Positions 29,915 through 39,718 are shown, numbered from the stretch's first letter. The stretch is DNA of 64,000 nt from Phormidesmis sp. (GCA_965248535.1 CBDFJR010000005.1:800001-864000); one strand, 5' to 3'. Numbers and translations are program-made. Notes: generated by a model not told the origin, from the sequence alone.

Positions 29915-30167
29915 GAGATCACTAGACCCTAAAAAAGTTACAAATTGAGCGCGCAAACCCCGATCGCGCCGCGACACAAAAGGTTCGGCAACCCTGGCAA
30001 AACTCAACCTGCGATCTTAAAAGCCAGACCGCTAGAAACCTTGAATCGTGCCCAGGCAATACTAGCCTAATCTATTACCGCGTCATCAAGGTTCAAAAAA
30101 TCCCAGAGCGATGCGGTTTATTCCGACTCATACCAATTTGATTTGTGAATGCGACAGATCCGCACGA

Positions 30168-30224
30168 GGGCACGGCAGTGCCATGCCCGTACAAAAAGCG
30201 TAGGGGCATGGCACTGCCGTGCCC
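30168..30224. repeat. REP-like inverted doublet (two 25-nt palindromic units with GTAC/GTAG ends)
   Basis: GGGCACGGCAGTGCCATGCCCGTAC (30168-30192) and GTAGGGGCATGGCACTGCCGTGCCC (30200-30224) are 24/25 reverse-complementary. Confidence 0.8.
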
Positions 30225-30387
30225 CGTCGGATTAAACGATCAGTCGCAATTGCATCCGAAATCGGTATCAGGTTCGCAGATTGCACAAAACCAGGCGCAG
30301 CACCGCCCAAGAGCGGCATCAGGGACTGGCCTTGCCGTGCTCACAGACTGCGATGATCTTCTACTAACCTGATTTAATTTACATCCC

Positions 30388-32568
30388 TTAGAAATGCTCT
30401 GTCTCCCGACCATTGGGCAACAGCACTTGCAAAATGTCTTTAAAGGGCTGGTCTTCTTGAATCAGTTCTTCCACATCGGCTCCAGTCAGCGGCTTAGAAA
30501 ACAGATAGCCTTGGGCATATTCACATTTCAAGGCTTTGAGTTGCGCCAGTTGCTTAGTGGTCTCGACCCCTTCAGCGACGACATCCATGCCCAAGTTCCA
30601 GGCTAGGGTGATGATGGTTCTCACCAGTTCTAATTTCTCGCCATCGACATCGACACGGCTGATAAAGGAGCGATCGATCTTGAGCAAATCCATCGGAAAG
30701 CGATAGAGATAGCCCAGCGACGAGTAGCCCGTGCCAAAGTCATCTACTGATAGCTGAATGCCCATCGCTTTAAGCTGCAACAGCATATCCATCGCGCTCT
30801 CAGTGTTTTCCATGATGGCGCTTTCAGTGATTTCTAGCTTTAAATAGTGAGCCTCTAGCTCAGTGTCAGCTAATATTTGACGAATCTGTTTAATTAGACT
30901 CGGCTGAGAAAATTGGCGACTCGATAAGTTGACACTGATGCTCAAAGGCGGCTGACTCGGAAAAGCGGCGTGCCAAGCTTTCATTTGACGACAAGCCTCG
31001 CGCAACACCCACTGTCCGAGCGGAATGATTAACCCAGTTTCTTCGGCCATCGGCACAAATTTCACCGGAGACACTAGTCCCTGTTCGGGGTGCTGCCAGC
31101 GCACTAGGGCTTCAAACCCCATAATTTTGCCCGTTGCCAGGGCCACGATCGGTTGATAGTAGAGCAAAAATTCTTGCCGCTCTACGGCTCTTCGCAGGTC
31201 ATTTTCGAGTTGCAGCAAGTTGACCACTCGCGTGTGCATTTCTGTATCAAAGACTTCGTGGCAGGCTTTGCCCGATGCCTTGGCGCGATACATGGCGATG
31301 TCTGCGCCACGCAAGAGATCTTCGGGTAGCTCATAGGCGGTCGTGCTCAAGGTGATGCCGATGCTCGCAGACGTAAACACCTCGTGCCCGTTGAGATTAA
31401 ACGGAGTCGAGAGCGCTTTGTGCACCCGCTCGGCAATTTTCTTGGCATCTTCTAGGTTTTGAATGCGCTCTAGCAGAATGGTAAACTCGTCGCCGCCCAG
31501 CCGCGAGACCATATCTTCACGACTCACGCAGGCTTCTAGCCGTCGAGCGATCGCGATTAAAAGCTGATCGCCGATCAGGTGCCCTAGACTGTCGTTGATC
31601 ACTTTGAAGCGATCGAGGTCTAAAAACAGCACCGCAAACTGATGATCGGCACTTTGTTGAGCGCGGGCCACGGTCTGGGCCAACCGCTCCATAAACAGCA
31701 GACGATTGGGCAAGCCAGTCAGCGAGTCGTGAAAGGCGTTGCGACGCAATTGTTCTTCGACCTGCTTGCGCTCAGTGACCTCGCGCATCACCGACACAAA
31801 GTGGGTCACTTGCCCCTGCTCATTGCGAATCGGCACTGTGTTGAGATCAACCCAAAACCGCGAGTTGTCTTTGTGATAGAGAATCAATTCAGCTTTGACG
31901 GCTTCAAACTTGAGCAGGCTAGCGCGAATTCGGGCGATTTCGCTGGCTGAGGTGTGCGTGCCAAACAGCAACTGGGCCGACTTGCCGATCACTTCAGCCG
32001 AGGTGTGACCCGTGGCTCTCAAAAAGGCATCGTTGACATAGACGATCCGCAGGCTCAGTGGGTCGGGGGTCGGCTCTACCTGGGAGATCATCACTATTTC
32101 ATTGGCATTCACCACGACTGATTCTAAAAGGCGCAGATATTCTTCTAGCCACTTGCGCTCTGTGATGTCTTTGACGGTGATCAGGGTGCCTGTGGGGTCT
32201 CCTTGATTGGTGCAGAGCAGGGTCACGTTGACTTCTGCCCAAAATTTTCTGCCGTCTTTGCGTTTGAGTTGTCCTTCTTGCCAGCCATAGAAGTTTTGGC
32301 GGTCTTGCTCAGGCTGCTCGGTGTGAAACTGGAGCCAGCCTTCGATCGCTGAGAAAAATTGGTGGGCAGGTTTGCCGACCATTTCTGCCACTGAGCAGCC
32401 TACCAGCTTTGCCATGCGAGAGTTGACATGCAAAACGCAATCGTCTAGATCGGTGATGACGACCCCATCATTGAGATTTTCTACAACGGTGCGAAGCAGC
32501 CAATCTGGTTCTTGAAGAGTGGTTAAAAGTGCGGTCACAGGTTGGGTGATGGAGTGATCAATCGCCAT
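30388..32568 (-). CDS. PAS-PAS-GGDEF-EAL c-di-GMP metabolising protein
   Basis: Two PAS/PAC domains (KDITERK, REVTERK); RLGGDEF; FEALVRW; DDFGTGYSSL. Confidence 0.95.
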   Translation of the reverse strand: MAIDHSITQPVTALLTTLQEPDWLLRTVVENLNDGVVITDLDDCVLHVNSRMAKLVGCSVAEMVGKPAHQFFSAIEGWLQFHTEQPEQDRQNFYGWQEGQLKRKDGRKFWAEVNVTLLCTNQGDPTGTLITVKDITERKWLEEYLRLLESVVVNANEIVMISQVEPTPDPLSLRIVYVNDAFLRATGHTSAEVIGKSAQLLFGTHTSASEIARIRASLLKFEAVKAELILYHKDNSRFWVDLNTVPIRNEQGQVTHFVSVMREVTERKQVEEQLRRNAFHDSLTGLPNRLLFMERLAQTVARAQQSADHQFAVLFLDLDRFKVINDSLGHLIGDQLLIAIARRLEACVSREDMVSRLGGDEFTILLERIQNLEDAKKIAERVHKALSTPFNLNGHEVFTSASIGITLSTTAYELPEDLLRGADIAMYRAKASGKACHEVFDTEMHTRVVNLLQLENDLRRAVERQEFLLYYQPIVALATGKIMGFEALVRWQHPEQGLVSPVKFVPMAEETGLIIPLGQWVLREACRQMKAWHAAFPSQPPLSISVNLSSRQFSQPSLIKQIRQILADTELEAHYLKLEITESAIMENTESAMDMLLQLKAMGIQLSVDDFGTGYSSLGYLYRFPMDLLKIDRSFISRVDVDGEKLELVRTIITLAWNLGMDVVAEGVETTKQLAQLKALKCEYAQGYLFSKPLTGADVEELIQEDQPFKDILQVLLPNGRETEHF

Positions 32569-32806
32569 GGTGAACTCCTCTGTGCTCTCTGCTCTGAGAC
32601 GCGACTAAATTGAGAGCTTGACTTCTAAAATCTGGTTTATGCAAGGCTTTTAAGAGGGTTATCAATCAGAAAATAATCACAAGCGATCGCGGTCAGAGCC
32701 TTCGCTTACAGGACTTGTAGACTCAGTTTGCCCAATTTTTTTAAGAAACTTGGACGTTAGGTAAAGTTTTTTGAGTGGACAAAGTTTTGAATCAGCCGTC
32801 AATAAA

Positions 32807-33670
32807 TCACAGGGTTTTTAGAAACTGAGTGATCACGTCTGCCATCTCAGAGGCGTGATTTTGCGGCAGCGCGTGATCGGCGTTGGGCAGGATGGCGAGT
32901 TGAGCACGGGCGATCGCGGTGGCATAGGTTTGACTGTGCCAGAGGGGAATTGTTTCGTCTCGATCGCCTGTCATGACCAAGGTCGGCACTCGCAGCCGAT
33001 GAATTTCAGTTTCTACGGTGTCGATCGCGTCTTCAGGTCGAATGCGATCGACGAGGAACGATCGAGCGGCGGGCTGGGCGTTTAGCTCGCGGCGGGCCCA
33101 GACGATCGTGTCTAATGCCTGGCTGTGGCCTGCTAATTTCACGAGAGGTTTCGCGATCGCGAGGGCCCAATCCACGATCGGGGTTTGCCATAATAAAGGA
33201 CGCAAATGGTCATAGCGCCCCGCAAAACTATCATCTCGAATGCCTGCCGGAGCCGCGAGCAGCAATCCTTTAACAGCATCGGGATACTGCAAGGCATAGG
33301 CCGCGGCGACCCAGCCCCCAAACGAGTGTCCTAAGACATAGCAGGGATCAAGCTGCAACGCTTTGACGACTTGCCGCACAAAGGCAACTTCTTTGGCAAC
33401 GTCATAGCGGATGTGGGGTTTGGCAGACGCTCCGAACCCCAGCAGATCTAAGCTAATGCAGTGAAACTGATCTTTTAGCCGCTCCATCAGGGGGAGCCAG
33501 TTAGTGCTGTTGCCCAAAAACCCGTGCAGCATTAATAGAGGGGTTCCTTGCCCGGCTTCTAGGTAGGCAGCCGATTGAGGCGTGCGATCGAGCGAGTCAA
33601 AGTCTAAATGGATTTGCAGCAAGCGCTGTTGATGAACAGGTGTTTCCACGGGGTGTTGGTCTAACTTCAC
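32807..33670 (-). CDS. Alpha/beta fold hydrolase
   Basis: LHGF, DLLGFG, GHSFGG nucleophile elbow, C-terminal His. Confidence 0.9.
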   Translation of the reverse strand: MKLDQHPVETPVHQQRLLQIHLDFDSLDRTPQSAAYLEAGQGTPLLMLHGFLGNSTNWLPLMERLKDQFHCISLDLLGFGASAKPHIRYDVAKEVAFVRQVVKALQLDPCYVLGHSFGGWVAAAYALQYPDAVKGLLLAAPAGIRDDSFAGRYDHLRPLLWQTPIVDWALAIAKPLVKLAGHSQALDTIVWARRELNAQPAARSFLVDRIRPEDAIDTVETEIHRLRVPTLVMTGDRDETIPLWHSQTYATAIARAQLAILPNADHALPQNHASEMADVITQFLKTL

Positions 33671-33768
33671 TCAATCTTAACTTGACACCCTCACCGGATT
33701 TGAGACAGACGCGATAGCGTGGAGAAGGGGAGTTCTAAAGCCGTGGTTTCCCTGAGAGGTTTTTGATC

Positions 33769-34128
33769 ATGAAGATTCGATATAGTGCCGCGATCGTTGT
33801 CAGCTTATTGGGGATGGGTTGGCTGGGGTCTGCTGCTCAGGCAAACGGAGGGGGAGGGCTGACTTCCTCTCAGCTACAGCGATTTTCGCGGGATTTGGTG
33901 CCGTCGAGTTCGCAAGATTTTTTTAGACAAGGGCAAGAGCAGCGAGAGCAAGAGATTCAGCGGCTCGATCATCCAAGTCTCAATTCCACTGAGCGACTGC
34001 TGAAGGTTGAGCCGCAGATTCAAAGCCGGGACGATCGCGCTCAAACGGTCTGGCAGCAGCGCTCAACTCCCCAAAAAGCAGCCGATATCAAGCCTTCTAG
34101 CCGAGAAGGAAGAAGGGTGTCTCCGTAA
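33769..34128 (+). CDS. Small secreted hypothetical protein
   Basis: Signal peptide ending AQA; SQDFFRQGQEQREQEIQRL helix. Confidence 0.6.
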   Translation: MKIRYSAAIVVSLLGMGWLGSAAQANGGGGLTSSQLQRFSRDLVPSSSQDFFRQGQEQREQEIQRLDHPSLNSTERLLKVEPQIQSRDDRAQTVWQQRSTPQKAADIKPSSREGRRVSP

Positions 34129-34193
34129 GGTCACGCTACAACTAATAATTTCTGATGAATTTGTCCCAAATCATACCTAAGCACGGGTGTTGT

Positions 34194-34236
34194 GTAGTAT
34201 TTTATACTTATAGTGACGGTTCATCGTTGATAAAGT
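34194..34236 (+). promoter_or_regulatory. Canonical NtcA-activated (class II) promoter
   Basis: GTA-GTATTTTA-TAC (34194-34207), 23-nt spacer, TAAAGT (TAN3T, 34231-34236). Confidence 0.65.
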
Positions 34237-34322
34237 GCCAGTAAAGCGCCCCCTGAAGTTTGAAAAAACTCATTGCACCCACTCAACAGCAAGTACTTAC
34301 GATTACTCAGGAGACTGTGAAG

Positions 34323-34607
34323 ATGTCTGTGGAAAGTGCAACTCGATTTTTGACAGCGGCGGCTCAAGATCAAATTATTCGTGAAAAATTTATGGCGGTG
34401 GCCTCGCCCGAAGAGTTTCTCAAAATCTCTGACCAGTTAGGCTATTGCTTTACGATCGCCGAGCTTGAACAGCTCATCCAAGACTGTAGCCAAGGCGTGA
34501 TGGTCAGACGATCGACCGGGGTTTGGAAGTGGCTGCGGAGCGTTAACTGGCTAGAGCGCTCGAGTCATGCTCTTCATCAAGGGCAGCAGGCGTTTGCCGG
34601 AGCATAA
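34323..34607 (+). CDS. Nif11-like leader domain small protein (possible RiPP precursor)
   Basis: MSVESATRFLTAAAQDQIIREKF...PEEFLKISDQLGYCFTIAEL matches the Nif11 pattern; AGGAG upstream of the ATG. Confidence 0.8.
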   Translation: MSVESATRFLTAAAQDQIIREKFMAVASPEEFLKISDQLGYCFTIAELEQLIQDCSQGVMVRRSTGVWKWLRSVNWLERSSHALHQGQQAFAGA

Positions 34608-34700
34608 AACGGGGAAGCGATCGGCTGCTCAAACGTCGCGATCTTTGCAGTTTGTAAAGCGCGGCGTTTAGCTGATTGCCTGATTTGCGATGATTGAGGG

Positions 34701-36653
34701 ATGAAATTTTTCTCAACCTTCATCACCGCTATTGTTGCAGTTGTTCTCCTCCCTTCGCTTATGGTTTTTGCTCAAGGGGCCGCGATCGTGCCCAACGAAA
34801 ATTTAGTCGCTGACGGCATTCCTACCATTCCGGCGGTGCTGGCCGAAACGGTCGATCGCTATACGCAGTTCCGATCGGCAAGTTTGTCGAGTTGGCACCC
34901 AACTAAGCGAGAAATGCTGATTTCGACTCGTTTTGCAGACACGCCCCAGGTGCATCGGGTCAAGTTTCCTTTGGGCAGCCGCCAGCAGATGACCTTCTTT
35001 CCTGAACGGGTCAGCGGCGCAACTTACCAGCCGACTCAAGGAAGTTATTTTGTCTTTAGCAAAGACATTGGGGGCAACGAGTTTAGCCAAAATTATCGCT
35101 ATGACTTTGAGACGGGCGACGTGACGCTGTTGACCGACGGCAAATCAAAAAATAGTCGCGGGATCTGGTCTCATCGCGGCGATCGCGTCATCTACACCTC
35201 CACTCGGCGCACGGGGCAGGACACTGACTTCTACAGCATTGATCCCACCCATCCCCAGAGCGATCGCTTGCTGTCTACCGTCGAAGGCGGCGGCTGGGGC
35301 GGGTTGAGTTGGTCGCCCGACGATCGTCAACTGCTGATGCAGGAATATGTATCGGTTAACGAAAGCTATCTTTGGCTGATGGACACGCAATCGGGTCAAA
35401 AAACGCTGATCACGCCCAAAGGGGGAAAGGAAAAGATTGCTTACCAAAGCGGCGTGTTTAGCAAAGACGGCAAAGGTTTGTATGTGATCAGCGATCGTGA
35501 CTCTGAGTTTTCTCGGCTCTCTTATCTTGATCTAGCCACCTCTCAACCCACCTATCTAACCAGCCAAATTGCGTGGGATGTCGAGGATTTTGACCTGTCT
35601 GAAGATGGCAAACACCTTGCCTTTGTCACCAACGAAGCCGGAGCCAGCGTGCTTCATGTCTTAGACACGGCCACCCGCAAAGAGATTTTGCTGCCAAAAT
35701 TGCCTGTAGGACTGGTGTATGGCATCACCTGGCACCGCAATAATCAAGATTTAGGCTTTACGTTGATATCTGCCCGATCGACCGCCGATGTTTATTCTTT
35801 AAATCTGGTGACGAATAAACTCGATCGCTGGACAGAGAGCGAGACAGGAGGCTTGAATACTGCCCGGTTTGCAGAGCCTGAACTGGTGCGATGGAAGAGT
35901 TTTGACCAGCAATCAATTTCTGGATTTCTCTATCGTCCGCCTGCCAAATTTACGGGCAAACGTCCGGTGATGATCGACATTCACGGCGGGCCAGAAGGGC
36001 AATTTCGCCCCGTGTTTTTAGGACGCGCCAACTATTACTTAAACGAGTTGGGTATGGCGATGATCTTTCCCAACGTGCGCGGCTCTACCGGATATGGCAA
36101 AACGTTTCTGACGCTAGACAACGGAGTTTTGCGCGAAGATTCGGTCAAAGACATCGGCGCACTGCTAGATTGGATCGCGACTCAACCCGACCTTGACAAA
36201 GACCGAATTTTAGTCACGGGCGGCAGCTATGGCGGCTATATGTCGCTGGCGGTGGCCACTCACTATAGCGATCGCATCCGAGCCTCGATCGATATTGTCG
36301 GCATCTCTAACTTCGTCACGTTTCTTGAAAAAACCGAAGGCTATCGGCGAGATTTGCGCCGCGTGGAATATGGCGACGAACGCGACCCCAAAATGCGGGA
36401 GTTTTTGCTGAAAATTTCGCCCGTCAACAACGCCGATCGCATCCAAAAACCGCTGTTTGTGATTCACGGCAAAAACGATCCGCGAGTGCCGCTCAACGAA
36501 GCTGAGCAGATCGTCGCCACCGTGCGAAAAAACAAGGTTCCGGTTTGGTATCTCATGGCAAAAGACGAAGGACACGGATTTTCTAAGAAGAAAAACGTTG
36601 ACTTTCAGTTCTATGCCACAGTCACCTACGTCAAAGAAACCCTGCTGAAATGA
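34701..36653 (+). CDS. Exported S9 family prolyl-oligopeptidase-like serine peptidase
   Basis: Signal peptide, beta-propeller repeats, IHGGP, GGSYGG (Ser), NDPRVP (Asp), DEGHG (His). Confidence 0.92.
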   Translation: MKFFSTFITAIVAVVLLPSLMVFAQGAAIVPNENLVADGIPTIPAVLAETVDRYTQFRSASLSSWHPTKREMLISTRFADTPQVHRVKFPLGSRQQMTFFPERVSGATYQPTQGSYFVFSKDIGGNEFSQNYRYDFETGDVTLLTDGKSKNSRGIWSHRGDRVIYTSTRRTGQDTDFYSIDPTHPQSDRLLSTVEGGGWGGLSWSPDDRQLLMQEYVSVNESYLWLMDTQSGQKTLITPKGGKEKIAYQSGVFSKDGKGLYVISDRDSEFSRLSYLDLATSQPTYLTSQIAWDVEDFDLSEDGKHLAFVTNEAGASVLHVLDTATRKEILLPKLPVGLVYGITWHRNNQDLGFTLISARSTADVYSLNLVTNKLDRWTESETGGLNTARFAEPELVRWKSFDQQSISGFLYRPPAKFTGKRPVMIDIHGGPEGQFRPVFLGRANYYLNELGMAMIFPNVRGSTGYGKTFLTLDNGVLREDSVKDIGALLDWIATQPDLDKDRILVTGGSYGGYMSLAVATHYSDRIRASIDIVGISNFVTFLEKTEGYRRDLRRVEYGDERDPKMREFLLKISPVNNADRIQKPLFVIHGKNDPRVPLNEAEQIVATVRKNKVPVWYLMAKDEGHGFSKKKNVDFQFYATVTYVKETLLK

Positions 36654-36943
36654 AGCACCTCAAATCTTGGCTTGAAGCCTGCAATCAGCCGCCAATTGAG
36701 TACGGGCAGAGTCTTGCCGTGTTCCTAGTCTTCGCAAATAGCCGACAATTTTAGATCCGCGATCGCAACTGCCTTAGATTTGAGCAAGATTGTCACCCGG
36801 CCGTCTCAGGCAATGTCATAATGAAATCTGCTTGGTTTCCATCCCGATCGCAGTCCTTGATTTTCATGGGCTAGACGGCGCACCGATGGAACCGTCACCA
36901 CATCAGAGCGTTCTGATTAACACTCAACCCCACGTAGGAAGTT

Positions 36944-37291
36944 ATGTCACAAGGACAGGGATTTGGCTTTGGTCTGGGCAAAATGAAGGAACTAAAAGAA
37001 GCCTTCCAAAAAGCTCAACAAGTTCAAGAAGGAGCAAAGCGCCTTCAAGAAGAACTCGAACAAATGCGAATTGAGGGCGAATCGAGCGGCGGGCTGGTTA
37101 AGGTTGTGCTGAGTGGCAACCAAGAGCCGATCGATGTCACCATCTCTGCCGATGCGATGAAAGAGTCGCCAGAGCTAGTGGCTGATCTCGTGTTAGCAGC
37201 CATGCAAGACGCTTACACTAAATCAACCGCCACCATGCGCGAGCAAATGGAAGAACTGACGGGTGGGCTAAATCTGCCGGGTCTAGGCTAG
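36944..37291 (+). CDS. YbaB/EbfC nucleoid-associated protein
   Basis: KAQQVQE...[14 protein letters not shown]...LTGGLNLPG. Confidence 0.92.
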   Translation: MSQGQGFGFGLGKMKELKEAFQKAQQVQEGAKRLQEELEQMRIEGESSGGLVKVVLSGNQEPIDVTISADAMKESPELVADLVLAAMQDAYTKSTATMREQMEELTGGLNLPGLG

Positions 37292-37316
37292 ATCGCTGAC
37301 TTTAGGCTTTTTATTA

Positions 37317-37356
37317 ACCGGGCTAACCGATTCATTTAAAATACGGTAGCCCGGTT
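37317..37356 (+). terminator. Stem-loop followed by a T-run (probable intrinsic terminator/attenuator)
   Basis: AACCGGGCTA...TAGCCCGGTT inverted repeat followed by TTT. Confidence 0.5.
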
Positions 37357-37372
37357 TTTGCATTCAAAAAAG

Positions 37373-37870
37373 ATGACTTATCGATTACTCTTCGTTTGCT
37401 TGGGCAACATTTGTCGATCGCCCTCCGCCGAAAATATTATGAATCACCTCATTCACCAAGCTGGATTAGCGGACAAAATTCAGTGCGACTCGGCAGGCAC
37501 GTCAAGCTATCACATCGGCAGTCAGCCCGATCGCCGCATGACTCTAGCTGCTAACCTGCGAGGCGTTGAGTTAGTAGGTCAGGCCCGCCAGTTTACCAAG
37601 GCTGATTTTGAAGCATTTGACCTAATTTTAGCGATGGATCGCGACAACTATGAGGGAATTTGTGCCCTCGATCGGGCTGGTCGCGATCGTCACAAAGTCC
37701 GGTTGATGTGTGATTTTTGCACCCGCCACTCGCTCAAGCAGGTGCCTGATCCCTACTATGGCGGTGAAGAAGGCTTTAATCAGGTGATTGATCTGCTGTT
37801 TGATGCTTGTGAGGGGCTGCTGGATTGGGTCGTCAAAACAGAAGGACTGACTCGAATTCACAATCTTTGA
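37373..37870 (+). CDS. Low-molecular-weight protein-tyrosine phosphatase (Wzb-like)
   Basis: VCLGNICRS P-loop, DSAGT, DPYYGG. Confidence 0.95.
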   Translation: MTYRLLFVCLGNICRSPSAENIMNHLIHQAGLADKIQCDSAGTSSYHIGSQPDRRMTLAANLRGVELVGQARQFTKADFEAFDLILAMDRDNYEGICALDRAGRDRHKVRLMCDFCTRHSLKQVPDPYYGGEEGFNQVIDLLFDACEGLLDWVVKTEGLTRIHNL

Positions 37871-37897
37871 AGTCAGTGTAATCTTTGAAGTCAGTGT
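37862..37897. repeat. Perfect 18-bp tandem duplication AATCTTTGAAGTCAGTGT x2
   Basis: Copies at 37862-37879 and 37880-37897, spanning the stop codons of two convergent genes. Confidence 0.9.
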
Positions 37898-38547
37898 AAT
37901 AAATGGTGCTCCATCGCAAACCGAACTAGCTCGGCTCGATTGCTGGTGTCGGTTTTTCTGAGCAGGCTGCTGACGTGTTTTTCAACCGTGCGGGGACTGA
38001 GATGCAGCTTGTCACCAATTTGGCTATTAGAGAGTCCTTCGCTTAAAAAATACAGCACTTCTGTTTCACGATCGGTCAAGTCTACGATCACGGTTGGCGC
38101 ATAGATGATCCCCCTAGCAGCGGAGTCATTGCCCCCAACTGTCTGCACTCGCGATCGCCACTCAGACTCAATCATCTGCGATCGCTCTAGCAAATTGCGA
38201 ACCACTGCGCCTAGCTCAGATAACTCAAACGGCTTGGCCAGATAGACATCGCAGCCCAACTGATAGCCCAAAACTCGCTCTTTAGGGTCAGTGCGCCCAG
38301 TGAGAAACACCACGGGCAACAGGCGCAGTGAGGGTTGCCGCCGCACCTGTCTGACCAGTTCATAGCCATCCATCTGGGGCATCGTGATGTCGGTCACGAT
38401 CAGGTGAGGCTGATAGGTTTCGACCATCCCAAGGGCTTCTTTGCCATTCTCAGCGGCAATCACTGAGTAACCGGAGGCTTCGAGATAGTCGCCAATTGAA
38501 AGGCGTGTGCCGGAATCGTCGTCAGCAACCAAGATCGTCAGGGGCAT
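37891..38547 (-). CDS. NarL/LuxR-family response regulator
   Basis: Receiver domain (VADDD, DITMPQMDG, KPF) plus LuxR HTH (LTDRE...SPRTVEKH). Confidence 0.93.
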   Translation of the reverse strand: MPLTILVADDDSGTRLSIGDYLEASGYSVIAAENGKEALGMVETYQPHLIVTDITMPQMDGYELVRQVRRQPSLRLLPVVFLTGRTDPKERVLGYQLGCDVYLAKPFELSELGAVVRNLLERSQMIESEWRSRVQTVGGNDSAARGIIYAPTVIVDLTDRETEVLYFLSEGLSNSQIGDKLHLSPRTVEKHVSSLLRKTDTSNRAELVRFAMEHHLLH

Positions 38548-38678
38548 GGAACTACGTCAATTTGCGAACTTAATCACTAGGGTAGGTCAAGTTCACATCA
38601 AAGCGTCGCTCAGATTATCATTTCACAGCTAAAAATTAAGGCTTTCTGGGGGCGCTCTGGCAAGGTTGAGCCATCCGC

Positions 38679-38727
38679 TTGACAGGGGAGGTTAGTACGA
38701 GGATACTAAAAATAGTACTATTATACT
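38679..38727 (+). promoter_or_regulatory. Sigma70-type promoter overlapped by two LexA-like boxes
   Basis: TTGACA (38679-38684)-17 nt-GATACT; AGTAC-GAGG-ATACT (38694-38707) and AGTAC-TATT-ATACT (38714-38727). Confidence 0.55.
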
Positions 38728-38764
38728 ATATGATCCTTAAATTCGTCAGCCCCCAGGAGCCAAC

Positions 38765-39718
38765 ATGAGAGAACTGAAATCAGACGATCAGAGTCAACCC
38801 GATCGGGCCGAATCTGACCCTAACTCTTTCTCTTCTACCTTAAAAGCAACGGCGGCTGATCTCGATCGCGTCGAGGCACCGTCTTTAGTCGAGGCACCGC
38901 CCCCAAGCACTCTCGCCCGCAAGCGTCGCGCCACGACCCCAAAAACAGCCGCCAAAATCAAACAGCAGACTCCGCTCAAAGCAAAACAAACGCCATCGAC
39001 CCAAATTAAGTCAATTTGGGAGCCAACTCAGCCCTCGATCGTGGCGCAATTTCAGCACTTAGAGCAAGAGTTGCGACAGCTAAAAACTCAAGCCGATCAG
39101 ATCAATCAACAGTCCATTGAGATCAAATCTGAGATGCAGGCCCTGCGAACGATCGCCCACACTGCCCATCCCCCAACTGCGGCAACGCAGCCGCCCTCAG
39201 CCGCTAGTCAATCGGCCGAACTCAACATTCCACCATTTTTGCTCAATCGTCGCGCCGCTAACCCTGAGCCTGTTGCTGCCGCTTCGGAGGATAGACTAGG
39301 CAGGCAGGCTCCTGCTGACTCACCGATCGAGACTCCTGCCCCCCTCACCTCAGCCCAGTCTTTAGAAACTCCGCCCAGATTCTCAACGGCTCCGCGCCCC
39401 ACAACGGCAGTGACTCCCCGTCGCCGCACCCTCCGCTCTGGTTGGCGGCAACTCCGGCCTTGGCTGCAACTGCCGCAGACGAGAGGCGCGATCGCAGCCG
39501 ATGCCGTGATCTGGACAGCCGCCGCCGCCGGGCTTCGCATTGGGCTAACTCTGTTGACAAAAAGTTTGCCGTTTTTAAGTTTGCCGATCGTGCTCTTGCT
39601 GTTTGTCCCGGCTGTGTTAGCAGGTTATCTGTCCTTCTGCGTGCCTAAATCTAGCCCAGTTTTGATCTACCGCTTGCTGCTGCTGACGCTGGGGCTATTG
39701 CTCGGAGGAAAACTATGA
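38765..39718 (+). CDS. Hypothetical protein: Pro/Ala-rich disordered N-terminus, coiled coil, about 3 C-terminal TM helices
   Basis: AGGAG RBS; composition and hydrophobic C-terminus. Confidence 0.75.
   Translation: MRELKSDDQSQPDRAESDPNSFSSTLKATAADLDRVEAPSLVEAPPPSTLARKRRATTPKTAAKIKQQTPLKAKQTPSTQIKSIWEPTQPSIVAQFQHLEQELRQLKTQADQINQQSIEIKSEMQALRTIAHTAHPPTAATQPPSAASQSAELNIPPFLLNRRAANPEPVAAASEDRLGRQAPADSPIETPAPLTSAQSLETPPRFSTAPRPTTAVTPRRRTLRSGWRQLRPWLQLPQTRGAIAADAVIWTAAAAGLRIGLTLLTKSLPFLSLPIVLLLFVPAVLAGYLSFCVPKSSPVLIYRLLLLTLGLLLGGKL

Noticed and set aside
30128..30372. Short ORFs containing GTAVPCP/GMALPCP repeats
   Set aside because: They are translations of the REP-like palindromes, not credible genes
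38694..38727. NtcA sites in the 38.7-kb promoter
   Set aside because: Spacing is GTA-N6-TAC, not N8; it fits LexA-type geometry instead
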